Notes: generated by a model not told the origin, from the sequence alone. A DNA stretch of 63,356 bases, filler included, from Bigelowiella natans CCMP2755 (GCA_000320545.1; 6 parts of 6 records of this genome joined end to end with filler, not necessarily neighbours in it); one strand, 5' to 3'. Numbered from the whole stretch's first letter, positions 27,719-40,206 are shown. Numbers and translations are program-made.

Positions 27719-28355
27719 TTATTTACGGAAGTTGCGTTTGACCCCGAGGCGTGCACTAATCACATTATTAACCATGCGCGCAAGTCGGCTGATGCTGCTG
27801 CCGAAGCTCCAAGACCTGAAAATTGAATGGTTATTTCCATCTGTCTGCCTATCGTTGGTTCCGCGATTGACTTCGTCGACCTTGGCCATGCACGGCTTTT
27901 CTTGTCGCTCGAGCCGATTCGAGGTGTTACTTTTGAGAACCTGCAATTCAACCGTGCTGGCGCCTTTTCCGGTCCTATCGCTACCGTTGCTATGGGAGGT
28001 GGCCGTTCTGCTTTCCAGCAGGCGCTCGATGGCATACCTACAAATATCGAATAACGTGTTGACTAAATGGTAAATATAGATGGGCTAACAAATGTTTTAA
28101 TGAAGCGGCCACGACCTCTGCGTCTCCTCAGCAGAAATGGCCGCCAGCGCTGCCCTCGAAGACATCCTGAGGGAAGAGAATGCCATGCTTAGAATTTGAC
28201 CCGAATGAGCGTTGTTAGTGCGATATTGTGGCGCAAAAATAAGATGATGTGCAGGCTAATATATCAGTGTCGCAGCAGTCTGAATCCTCTATCATATTTC
28301 GCTGTCTTTGCCTGCCTGTATCATCATTACTCACCTTCACCAAACCTACCTCCTC

Positions 28356-28389
<34 letters not shown>

Positions 28390-28857
28390 TGTCGATATCA
28401 ATCAGCGTGATTCCAAGAAGGTCGGTCGATCGGCAGCGGCCGCGAAGCACCACCTGCGATGGGTGTTCCGGCCAGAGGGGAGGGGGTCCACGCGAGCGCG
28501 CTTTCTGTTTTGGTGATGAAAGATATCGAAGAAGCGACGACGCAGTCACCACAACGAGGGAAGCAAATCAGAAGCAATGCCGCCAACTAATTGCGATTGA
28601 AGTCGCAAATCAACACGATGAGGACAAAACGATTGTTTACCACCAGAAACGGCGAATAATAGTGCATTTGGGAGATTGGGGGGGGGGGAGGGAGGATCTT
28701 CAAAGGACACAATTCAAGAGCGGATTGAACATGCTATTGCGACCCGCTTTGAGCCGATTTCTGCTGCTCTGTTGCGTTATCAATTGTGAGATGGCCTGCG
28801 GGCTGCTTCCGCATCAGGGACGTTCGATTTCTTGGAGTAGTGGTAAGTGGAGAGGCG

Positions 28858-28902
<45 letters not shown>

Positions 28903-28982
28903 CCATTCCTGCTATGTCGCTTAAAATCTAAGATACCACAACCCTCTCTCCGGAGACACACACGCGGATACAGTTGTAAAGC

Positions 28983-29028
<46 letters not shown>

Positions 29029-29345
29029 GGGAGAGGGAGGGAGAACGCGCCAACACTTGCTTGTTAGTCACGCGTTGGACTAGAAGAAGAAGCAGGCGTC
29101 AATATACATTGATTTCGTCCTCGAACGATACACTTTGCCCAGAAGGCGCTCCCCGGTCTGTCTCGAGGCCTTGCAGAACCTAGACGAAGGGAATAATCAC
29201 ATATCCGCACCAGAGAAAGAGAAGGGAGAGCAACGCCAGTGTAGTAGCGGTACACACCGAGCAACAACGCCGCCACAGGCAAGGGGCAGGGTAGATCGGC
29301 GCTTCCCAATCAGCACGGGATTAGGGTACGTATTATTTCATAAAA

Positions 29346-29404
<59 letters not shown>

Positions 29405-30948
29405 ATGTGGATGGCCGAGGAAGGGGGTTTTCCCTAGAATGCCCGACGCATGTTGGCGACATTTCTGCTCATGTCGTAATATCTCCTAATTAACTCTCCG
29501 AAAGGGCCGCTATTTTCCCTCCTCATAATTACCGAGAGCGCAGCGACTGCCACGTCCTCGATATTGTCCCTGTGTGGCATGCGCGCTTCATCAGCGACAT
29601 GACGTGTTACCAAGAAGAAGAAGAAGAAGAAGAAGAAGAAGAAGAGTGATAGCAGGTACAGTACCTGTTGCCTCGAGGTGTTTCCACAGAGCATTGCCGC
29701 TGCGTGGTTGGGGGGGGGGAGGGGGAGGGTAGGTAGATGTTACATTTAACCCGGGAAAACGACTAAAGCCTTTCGCACAGCCTCATCATCAGACAAAAAA
29801 TCATCATCCCCCCCCCCCCCCCCCCCCCCGGTATGGGGCGAAAAAAAATGTTGGAGGTCCCACGCTGCCCGTCGGTGATTTGTTGAATACCGACCCGACG
29901 GGTTTCTCTCCGAGGACACGAGGCGCACCCATTCTGTCAAGGCGATTGGGGGGATAAACGATGATGATAACTCGATACAAACGGCAGAGGAGGAGCCAGA
30001 GAGCTTACCTGATATGATCGTGTCTTCCTGCTCCGTGTAATCACGCCAATCTCTGTGAGTGTAAACAGCCGCGCGAACTACGTCTCAGGAATACATAGTA
30101 CATAATAGCTTTCAAAGCTTAGCATCGATAACGTCTAAAAAGGGCGCGGGGCGCGGGGGGGGGGGGGGGGGTGGAATTTACACACCGATATGATCTTGGT
30201 ATTGAATCCTTCTTCAAGTAGCCAACACGAGCAAGGGAACGCCACCTGCGCGACATGCAGTTAGAGAACGCTAGCTACGAGCTTGTCGATTATGAGAATG
30301 GCCGCTGCGTCATTGCTAGCAGCTAATTGCCTCTTTCGTTCGGGTTCCGGGAGCACTCTCCACTCGGAGGATATTAGCTTATTCAACAGGATCAACCCTG
30401 AAAGGAAAGGAATGCGGGGCGAGGGAATGAGTCGCCAAATTCACTTCGTGTCTCGGTCGATCACTGCTATAATCCAGAGAATGCAGAGATCAGGTCTATT
30501 CTCACCCACTGTTACCCTGCGGTCCTTTAAGCTTGGCCTGCTTTTCCGTCTCGTTGCGAAGGGCCTGCATCATCTGGAAACGACGCTCCCTATCACCACC
30601 GCGTGCACATGTTAGCTTACTGCGTGCGAGCGTAACTTCGCGCCTGCATGCATCATAGATTCTATTGACCTGTGGTACATGTCGTAGCCAGTGAGTTGCT
30701 GCTTCGACGACTCTTCACTCGCGGCGTGCTCCTGGCGCTGGAGGACTGAGTATTTCACGCATCTCGTTGATTTTTTCTGAAGAAGAAGCGAGCCTACATG
30801 ACGCGCGAGACACAAACACACCTGTTGCCCCCTGATCTACACTGCCTGAGCACAAGATGGCTCCAATCGCCACAAGGATAAGGTAAAAGGATCCGAATGT
30901 CCTCGTCACTGAGGAGTGGCGGGCGTAGCGGCGGGAAGCTCGTAGCAT
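27719..30948 (-). CDS. Protein with signal-peptide-like leader, HMG-box-like domain and Rap1-type Myb domain
   Basis: Phase-consistent exons give LTGYDMYHRERR..LNKLISSEWRVLPEPERKRWRSLA (HMG-like), then RDYTEQEDTIISEWVR..GNALWKHLEATGTISRTWQSLRSR (Rap1/TERF2IP Myb pattern GNALWK..SWQSL.DRY). The 3' exons are tentative. Confidence 0.65.
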
Positions 30949-31294
30949 GGCTCCGCAGCAGCACCGGCTGCAGCGTGGGTCCTGCGAGCTGCACTATCGT
31001 TGTGTCCCGGCGCTCTTGGTTAATTTAGAAAATATTTCAAGCCGCTTTGAACCAAGAATTACAACTTTATCTTGCTCCGATGTCTCGACGTCCCGCCATT
31101 TCGCCCTTGGAGGACGGCGAGAAAAGACCCAGATTCCCCCGAACAAAACCCTAAGGAAAAATGGCCAACAAACGTAAAATCATCATACGCCATTTATCCT
31201 ACGATAAGTCATATATCCTTGTCGCACTGTAGGATTTAGGCCGAATTTCGATAAATTAACCCCTATATTTTTGGCTTCTGCAAGCGCCCTGCCG

Positions 31295-32307
31295 ATGCTT
31301 CGTGGGGGTCGGGCTATTACGAGATCGTGCGTCATCGGTTTCGCGCGGATGAAACCGGCTGGACGGAACGGTAGAGTGAGTAGATTAGACGTTAGTGGCA
31401 GTAGGCTAGATGCGATGCTCAGTGTGTCTTGCCTGCATTTCCACAGAAGGCCTGCTTGAGGCTGAAAGTTCTCCCCGACGGGCTCGTCCCCTTTCGACTC
31501 ATTTTCTCTTCGGATGCTGCTCACTGGGAGTGTTGACCAACGCAGCGCGCTGCCCCTTCTCGACGCACGCGCGATTCTTTGGTTTTGGGCCGATGAAGCG
31601 GAGGCATGTTGGCGCTCGGGCGAGAGAGAGCCGCATACATCCCAAGCCGAGGAAATGTAGCAGAGCTACGTCATCATCTGCTCCATCTTCTTCCCCATCT
31701 TCCATCGATAGATCTCCTGGTGACGCTGCCCTGATTATCTTATTCGGGCTTCCAGCTTCTGGGAAAAACCATGTGGGCATGATCCTGGAAAAAAGATTCG
31801 GTTTCGTGTTTCACGACGGCGACGACGATTTACCGGAGGACATGAGGAGGACAATAGAGAAAAAGGAGGTACATTTTCCCTCCTGATATAATGATAAGTC
31901 AGGTATTTGTTGTCCTATCGAAGACATAAGATCTTCCTCTTCGGTTATCTCAGGTTGCGACCCAGGCCATGCGCGACGCTCACATAGAGAATATCATAAA
32001 AAGCATTAATGAGCTACGGCGAGAAGGGAGCAATCGAAGAGTTGCTGTTGCAGCAGCGTTATTCAAGGAGGACAATCGCGCAAAACTTAAAGCGAAGTTC
32101 CCTAGCATGAAACTCATGTGGGTGCGTGCGGCTGACGCGACCCTCCACAGCCGACTGAAGTCTCGTCAAAATCATCTGGCGTGTTCTAACTATGCCGCGA
32201 AAATCTTTGAGCACTTTGAAATTCCCAAGTCTGTGGACGCGGAGATCCTGAATTCGCTCGACAATAACGATGACCATGTCATTAATCAACTTCATAAGCA
32301 CGTCTAG
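31295..32307 (+). CDS. Gluconokinase/shikimate-kinase-like P-loop kinase
   Basis: LFGLPASGKNHVG (Walker A), FHDGDD and RLKSRQNH; intron about 31869-31952. The start codon is uncertain. Confidence 0.75.
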
Positions 32308-32487
32308 ATGCTGCATTGATGATCTGACAAATCTTAGCAGATTTTACAAATGTTAGAAAAAAATCAATGGCATATGGTATATCAATGCATGCATGTGAAT
32401 TTTTTTCGCATGTGGACAGTGTTTGGGTCTGGTTTGGATCTGGGTGCTCCTGGCTATTGGCGTTATTTGTGACTACAATAATAAACA

Positions 32488-32548
32488 TACAGCTACATAA
32501 GGATGACCATTGAGCAAATTTAATTAGATGATTAATTACATCCGTCTT
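32488..32548 (+). mobile_element. Ultra-short 3'-end fragment of the adjacent LINE family
   Basis: TACAGCTACATAAGGATGACCATTGAGCAAATTTAA..ATTACATCCGTCT aligns with 34638-34693. Confidence 0.75.
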
Positions 32549-32625
32549 ATACAGTACGTTGTATTGTTGCTGCTATGGTGTTACCGCCCCCTTAGCGTGG
32601 ATCGGTTAAATTGCAATTGACATTG

Positions 32626-32666
<41 letters not shown>

Positions 32667-32929
32667 TGTGCGCGCAGCTATATTTACGTTTACGCAAACT
32701 TGCATCTGTGAGCCAAGACTAACGTGTTGTGTGGTCCGTGCGGCGATGTCATTTCTGACGTATACACTTGCATAGCTGCGAAAACAATGCAAAGGCAATA
32801 AACAACGACAGTGGTGCGTTCGCAGCAGGTGTCTGCCATCCGACAGCCATTGCTGAATTGGTTGTGTCGTCCAGTCGTACTGCCGCAGGATTAGATGCAT
32901 GTGCATATGCGTGTACATGCATATGCACA

Positions 32930-34745
32930 AGAACAGATCATGCGAGACAGCACTAACCAGAATGACTCAGCGGATCGAAGACGGCACATTTAACAAAAAA
33001 CTAGTCGGCATCATGCCATTCACTGACGCATCAAAAGCTTACCCTGAAGCCTGGCATTCAGGAATGGTGCGGAAACTGAGTGAAAAACACGGTGTAAGGG
33101 GATCCCTGCTTCTGTGGATCGATGATTGGTTGAGGGAGCGCACTGCCAGATTCAAATTTGGCAGGACGCCATCACAACACATGCAACTGCAAAGCGGCGC
33201 ACCTGAAGGATCCTCCCTCAGCTGCTACTTGTTCATCACCTACTACGACATGTACGAACACATCAAATTTGCTGATTGCCAGATGCATTGCGACGATGTT
33301 GCCCCATGTGAACTGTTTGCGCCTTCCCGCTGGGGGGAAATGCAAACCAGGCTGCAAAAAGATTCAACAAATGTGACAACCTGGTGCATGAAGTGGCGAA
33401 TGAGGTTCAATGGGGACAAAAGTGGATGCCTACTCATGGACAGGAGGAAGGATGCAAAAAGAAAACAAGCCTCATGGAACATGACACTCAACCTGCAAGG
33501 CAAAATGAAAAGAAAAGAATGTGGCAAATGTTTGGGACTGTGGTTTGACGAAAGATCAACTTTCGAAAAACACGCCCTTGCTACACACATGAAGCTGCAA
33601 AAAAAGAGAAGATTCCTACTCAGGCTGTGTTCCACACGATCTCACATGCCATTCAATGTGAGATTGAAGTTTTGCAACTCATGGTTCACAGCCACGAGCA
33701 GACATGTTGCGCCCACATGGAGGTCCAAGAAAAACCTCAAAGTGAAGCAGCTGGATTCCATGGAATCCCAAACACTCAAAAGAGTTCTGGGATCACCAGG
33801 ATCTGCATCCAACGACACACCCCATGTGTCAGCGGCAACATTGCCACCACGTCATCGCACACAGGTTCAATGCACCAAGACGTGGTTGCGAACCAATGTG
33901 TGGGTGGAGGATGTGCTGCTGGCAACGGACATGTGGTGGAGGAAGAAGTGCTCAATTGGAGCTCTTTCGGATGCCACATCGAATCCTCAGTGGAACACAA
34001 ATGGCACAATGCAACTAGGTCGTGGAACAGAGTGTCCTTGCACCGCCGACTCAGTTTGATTGCGACCAAATTGCTTGGAGCGGAACACCCCACAACACGT
34101 GCCACTGAGGAGACACTGAAAAGGAAACTGAAAGCACACAACAAAACAATCATGCGGAACGCCGAATCCAACTTCAAAACTCATTGGAACAAAGAGGGAA
34201 CCAAGGCCATGCATTCAAAAAAACTTGACTTCATGCCTGGCTCTCGGACAACAGGAATCACATTGAAGCTGCCAAGCATTGCCACATCATGGATCCGCGC
34301 CATCTGTGGTGTTGGCAATCTTGGTGCATTCATGCCATCCAGAGGACAACGCACAAAACTGGAAGCAACGTGCGATGTGTGCAACTCATTGCAAGACATG
34401 GACCACATTCTGCAATGCAGGAAGTGCGGACCACAGCGACTCAGAATCAACAAACAACTGACAGCGATCATGGATCGCAATGACGAGACCACGCGTCTCA
34501 CAACCGCGGAGAAACCTAGTCGAGAAGCTGCGCGCAAAGCGCGCCATGCTAGACCAAAACAGGATGCATTTTCATGCATGCGCCATGTGACCAAGGAAAC
34601 AAATGGATGCAATTTAAGCGCTGTAGCCGCTGCATTGCACAGCTACATTGGGATGACCATTGAAACAATTTAAACATTTCATTACATCCGTCTCACATGT
34701 ATACATGTGTATGCATAAATTTAAATCTTTCATTACATCCGTCTC
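32930..34745 (+). mobile_element. 5'-truncated, degenerate non-LTR retrotransposon (LINE): RT plus C-terminal zinc knuckle, frameshift near 33900
   Basis: RT motifs FTDASKAY, GAPEGSSLS, HCDD, RMRFNGDKS and KCLGLWFD; CDVC..H..C knuckle; duplicated 3' tail TTTCATTACATCCGTCT. Confidence 0.9.
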
Positions 34746-35160
34746 GCGCTGTTATGCACATGTGCAATACACATACAGCCAGCTATATCACGCGCTTCAT
34801 AAGTAATGTGCCTCTACAGCGGATGTTGTAACAGTGATAAATAACAGTAAGTAGTGAAGCAACTTGATCACAATCAAGGAGCAATGTCCAGGGCTTACAA
34901 TAGGCCCTCACAGAGACCAAATTTGGTAAGGAGGAGGAGGAGGAGGAGGAGGAGGAGGAGGAGTAGGAGAAGGAGGAAGAAGAGAAAAGAGAGTCGAGGT
35001 TTCTTAGGAAGATGTAGTGATGATGATGTTGCGACGACGATGATGATGGTAATGATAGTGATGGTGGCGGCTGAGGGTGGTAGCAGCCGGCATAGTTGTG
35101 ATTCTGGTTGTGGTGACAATAACGGTGATGGCGATGATGACTAAATCGGCCTGATCGGCC

Positions 35161-35358
35161 TTATCTAGAGGTTGCCGCATTGGTGAGAAACTGCTGAACG
35201 TTGGTCCGGAAACGTTCCTCGTTCGCGCCCTTGAATTCACTGATGAGCGTGCCGCTTGCATCAAAGAGATAGAAGACCGGCGACGATTTTACTTGCATTG
35301 CTTTCACAAGAGCTTTCGTGTCCTGGAACGCGGCGTTGTCCGAATCGCGCGCGCCGCA

Positions 35359-35399
<41 letters not shown>

Positions 35400-38300
35400 A
35401 CGCACACCCACGCGCGCACGAAAAGAGACAAATAAAAGCGCGAATCAAGAAATGAAGCGACCCCCGAAGGAAAATCGATTGCATGGATATGGGCTTCATA
35501 GCACCACCGCCACCACCGCCACCACCCACTTTCACCACCAGATCCGAAAATGCTGCAGCAATTACCTCGTTTTCCTCCCCGAACACCTTCAGGAACGTGA
35601 CATCCTTGAATTCTTCGGCTAGCCGCTCGTATTTCCGCGCGAAGCCCTTACACGGGCGACACCATCTAGGGGGGGGGGAGGAGGAGGAGGAAGAGGCGGT
35701 CTTATAATGATGAAGTATACTACTACTACTACGACTACTACTACTACTGCTCTATTAATACTACGACGACAAGATCTGTATATTTATTACTGAAATCCGA
35801 TCATCAGCATAAGGGGGCGGCCGAGGTCGCGGACGATGGCGTCGAATTCGCCCTTGCCGTGGATCAAGTTGACGACCCCAGCTTGCGGCGCGACCTTTTC
35901 GTTCCCAACACCACCAACACAACATCCATGCATAAGCGCGTGTCAGCTCTATCGGCAACTCGCACGCGCTGTTTATTCTAGCGTCGCGCGTGAGACCGTC
36001 GGAGGAGGAAAATTAGGATGATGGCATACCTCCATGGCCCGCACATCGTTCTTATCAGGCTCCGGTATTGATGATAACGCTGATGATATGATCACGATGA
36101 TGATGACGGAGGTTGCTAATGCTGCTGCTGCTGATGATGATAATGAGCAAGATACAAGCACACGCCACATCGCCACGGCGGCAACAAGCACCCCTACACC
36201 TCCCCGACTGTTCGATGGATGGTTGTCATAGCAATGTTCATCGCGTATTGACTCAGCGATGACTCTTTGCGTGATAAGTAATACCGAGGTACTTGAGGAT
36301 AGCTTGGAGATCCAACGACCGTGCTCGCACCAGGCCCAAGAACTCCGTGAAATCGATCTGGGAACAACGGCAACGACGGTGACAGCAACAAGGAGAAGCT
36401 TGCAATGATGCGATGCGGAATGATGGGAGTCAATGATGGAGGGCGTCGGGTTTCATGGTGGACGCAAGCGGCGCTCAATGCCTGCCGCGTCCGCTTTTTG
36501 TCCACGAAAACCGAACAAAATGCCATCGGCGAGTGAGCGACAAATCGCGTCTGTTCTTCCGATGTCAGTATGTTAGCTGCGGTGGTAGTTGTGGTGGTGG
36601 CGGCGGAGGCCGGACAAAAATCGTTTTCTTGCGCATTCGCACGCACGCACGATTACATTCTCCTTTGTATGAAAACACGCACCTTCTGGTCATCGTTGAA
36701 GTCGCCTTGTTCGAACAATGCCTCAATCTCGCTCTTCGACGACCCGAGCGTCTCCAGAAACGCGCTCATTTCCTGCACGTCGATGAAACCCGAGTCGTCT
36801 TTGTCTATCCCTTGGAATGCCTCTAGGTACTCATCAAGTTTGCCCTGGGGTGGCGGGGGGGGGGGGGGAATGGAGAAGAAAATAAAAATATAAAGAGGAA
36901 AGATGGGGGAGAGAAAGAAGGACGAGAACAACGAGAGGAGTGGAGTGTTCGAAGCGAGGAAGCCAATCCCCCCCCCACCCCACAGGGGAATAGGCAAGCA
37001 TTACTTCAGATAGTAGTGGCTGTAGTTGACGTGGACTGTTGCATGCACAACCTCCTCTTGACATCATACGGTCGCCACTATAAGCTAGAGTAGTAGTATT
37101 AATAGCAGCAGTGATTATAATTGTTGTTGTTGTTGTTGCTGCTGTTGTTGGTGTTCTTGTCGTAGCAGCAGCACCTCAAGAAGCTGCTGATCTCCTGCGA
37201 GCTGCACGAATTGGTCGAACCCGATACGGCCGAGACCTTCCTTGTCGTACTGGGCCATTATGGCCTCAACCTGCTCAGATATAGCAGCAATATATGCATA
37301 GAATGTTTCTTCATTTGTCGCAGTATTAGTTCATTGCAGTAGCTATCGCTAGTTGTAGCAGTAGTGATACACCAATCGAGCCAGCCCCCACTCATTTCGA
37401 AGCGACCTGTTCCATTGGCAGCCAATGACGATTCAGGCAGAACGTTTCCGTGCACTCTAGAACGTTACGGAGCTCCTCCTTGTTTAGCCAGGAATCTCCG
37501 TCGACGTCAGCTCTGTTGAATGACGCCATGCGATCGCAGCGGGAAATCGCGGTGACGATTAGAGAAGGCGAAAACAAAATAAGTAGGAAAAAGTACGTGT
37601 ATGTATTACAATTTGTACAGACTATTTGCTAATAGACACGTGCATCAAACGGTACAAAATTATCATTAAAGTAACTTACGATTCGTATCGTATTCTCAGG
37701 TCTTCTATGTCGGCAGCGGTGAAGGTGAGAGCTTGCATCTTCGTTAAGGAACCCCTTCGCTGCCCCCGCTGCCACTGTGCTGGTCGCCATTGCACACTCT
37801 TCTCGCATCGGTGTGAAAGATGCTCGTAATGATGAGGATTCTGCAGCGTTGATATCCTGAGGAAAGTACCAATCACACGTCCAAATTATCGCTCGCATGA
37901 ATGTGTGCGAGTCAAACAGCTTCCGGGAAGAAACATCTAGGTCAGCAGGCGCGTAGAGAAAGGTTATTTATCGCAGAAAAGCTTTCTTCCTTCATCACAG
38001 ACCTTGGGAAAGTGAATCGCTTTAATATTCCTGGAAGACGCGCAAAACATAAAATACGACACGACGCGCATACACGAGAGAACACAGAGAACATAGAGAG
38101 CACAATGTTACTGTTGGGCATGATTAGCATGCAGGACGTTTAAGGTTGGAGATTAAGAAGGATAAAGTTTATGATGAGGGAGGACATACCAGGATTTACT
38201 CGCCTGAGAGCAAACAACGATAGATATAGTCAATGTACAAGCGATTTACGGAAAGAATGCGGAACACCACCCTCCTTCCCCCAAGCCGCTACCTGCGCTA

Positions 38301-38448
38301 AGAATTGTCTACAACGGAGCTATCAGGACGTTTATATTAATATATACCTTGTGGAGATTGAGGACTGAGCAGCGGACTGGTGGGGCAGCGTAATGAGGGT
38401 AAGAGCCGCAACGAGGAGGGGCATGGTATCCCAAAAGAGGAGCGCCAT
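35161..38448 (-). CDS. CRX: Calredoxin (four EF-hands plus thioredoxin) with signal peptide and transit-like leader
   Basis: LRIRYESRCDRMASFNRADVDGD, HWLPMEQVEAIMAQYD, LLEGKLDEYLEAFQGIDKDDSG, SLDLQAILKYL and WCRPCKG..LKVFGEEN follow the Chlamydomonas calredoxin layout. Hydrophobic N-terminus MALLFWDTMPLLVAALTLITL; the leader micro-exons are tentative. Confidence 0.85.
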
Positions 38449-38850
38449 TGTGCAAACGAGTTTAGACTTACGATGCTCAGAGTTTAGGCGCTTTTAATGC
38501 CTTTTTTACAGTATAAATCGAAATAAATCATGTCGTTTTAAGTAAAACGATCCCTTTTCCCCGAGAAATGCATCATTTCGGCTTTGCGAAAAGTGGGACT
38601 TCCTGGACTTCACTAGCCCAGAGTTCCGGGAGTACGACCTTCGGAGATAAAGTACTAGTCGTAGACGAGAGAACTGCATTCGATTAATTTGTGCGACAAC
38701 GAATTTAGTCGTTCTCTACTGGGAAGTTCTCCAGGAAAGGAATCGGCCTGGTTTTCATCAAAAACTGTGGCGCACAGTAGCAAGCAAGCAATGCTCTTGT
38801 TAGGGGGGGACGTGGATGAGTTGGCACGTCTGATGACCCTTTCGAAATCA

Positions 38851-39161
38851 AGCATTGGAACCACTTACTTCATTCATTCATTCATTCAAGCAAAACGCCA
38901 CTCTTGTCCTTGCGTGAGCCTTGTCTCGGCAGGTCATGTCTGAGCACTCGTGCTAGCGTGCCAACATGGCCGGCAACCCTCAACTTTCCTTGTGACATCC
39001 TCGTGCGGCGTGAGTTCATTATGTTCTCACACCCGATGATCCTTTCAGATCCCTCTTGGAATCACTTCATTCGTTCATTTGTTCTCGTGTGGATCACTTC
39101 ATTCGTTCATTCATTCATTCTCCTGTGCGCTTTGCCAACATTCCAGCATTCTAGCATTGGA
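38851..39161 (-). mobile_element. Probable 3' remnant(s) of a second retroelement with (TGAA)n tails
   Basis: Three TGGA(A)YCACTT-(TTCA)n units at about 38856, 39057 and 39090; a short minus-strand reading frame ends at the tail; AGCATTGGA occurs at both ends. Confidence 0.45.
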
Positions 39162-39548
39162 TCCCACGATGAATGAATTATTCACTCATCAGTGTCATCA
39201 TGTAGTGGAAACCGTTGAGTTCATTCGCTCATTCTCCCCTTGCTTTTGATGCCAGGACACGCACTGTGCAGGTGCAGCATGAGAGGCACTTGTTCGCAAA
39301 AATGCGAGCTAGCCCAAAGTCGCGCGTAGCTGTGTAGCCATGTTGCTGGCACATGCAACACCTATCTAGCTGCCCGCATCACATGTCCTTCGTGCATAGA
39401 TGCACACATTTTTTACCCTTTGTCGACACGTCTGCTAGATGTCCAAGCATGGCTTGTGCATGCCGATGTCATCTGGCTCATGAATGCTGATCACCGGTGG
39501 TGTCGTCTGCAATGTTGAGGTTTTCTTTACCACCAAAACACGACAGTT

Positions 39549-40161
39549 TCAGAATTTCACATCGGCATCCGCGTTACTTACCCTAGGATCTATGTGAATG
39601 CGCCTAATTCTGTTGTTGAACGTATCTGCCACGTATAAATTATGCTCGTCTTCGTCCAAGGTCACGCCGTAGGGATGCCGAAACTGTAGCACACATAAAA
39701 GGGAAGTGCACGGAAGGTGGCAAAACATCATTTAAAGGTGTTTATTTGTGGATTTGAGGAACATATAAATGGCAGCTTATTTAATCTTACAACTAAGAAT
39801 CCGAAGCCCCAATTGCCCTAGATTTTCCAAATGCCCACCCTAATCATCCGCACGGCCGTATCACATACCATGGCAACAGCTGTCGATCCATCCCGATGTC
39901 CTGCCACCCCTTTTTCATTTATACAATGGAATATTTAACCGCACGAATGTCCAAGGGATCGAACAATTTATCTACAATTGAGGACTTCCGCAGCGCTACC
40001 TGTGCCTGCGATTGTGGTGACAAAGCCGTCGGGGGTGATCTTTCTGATGGCGTTGTTGTATGTATCTGCGACATAAACTGTTCCGGTGCGTGTTACACAG
40101 AGGCCTGTAGCGAGGAGATTTGAAGTTTGATAACGACACCATTGGCTTTACAAATGTCGGC

Positions 40162-40206
<45 letters not shown>

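Noticed and set aside
28398-28455. Kinase-like CFAAAADRPTFLE segment
   Set aside because: No other kinase motifs lie nearby and a stop codon follows almost immediately.
33627-33900. N-terminal part of the 348-aa ORF and other Cys/His-rich intergenic ORFs as genes
   Set aside because: Loss of TpA removes TAA/TAG stops and lengthens spurious frames. Only the part after the frameshift is LINE protein.
32930-34700. CpG methylation decay as the cause of the TG/CA excess
   Set aside because: CpG persists, TpA is the missing dinucleotide, and the codon changes are Y>C/H, L>S/P and V>A.
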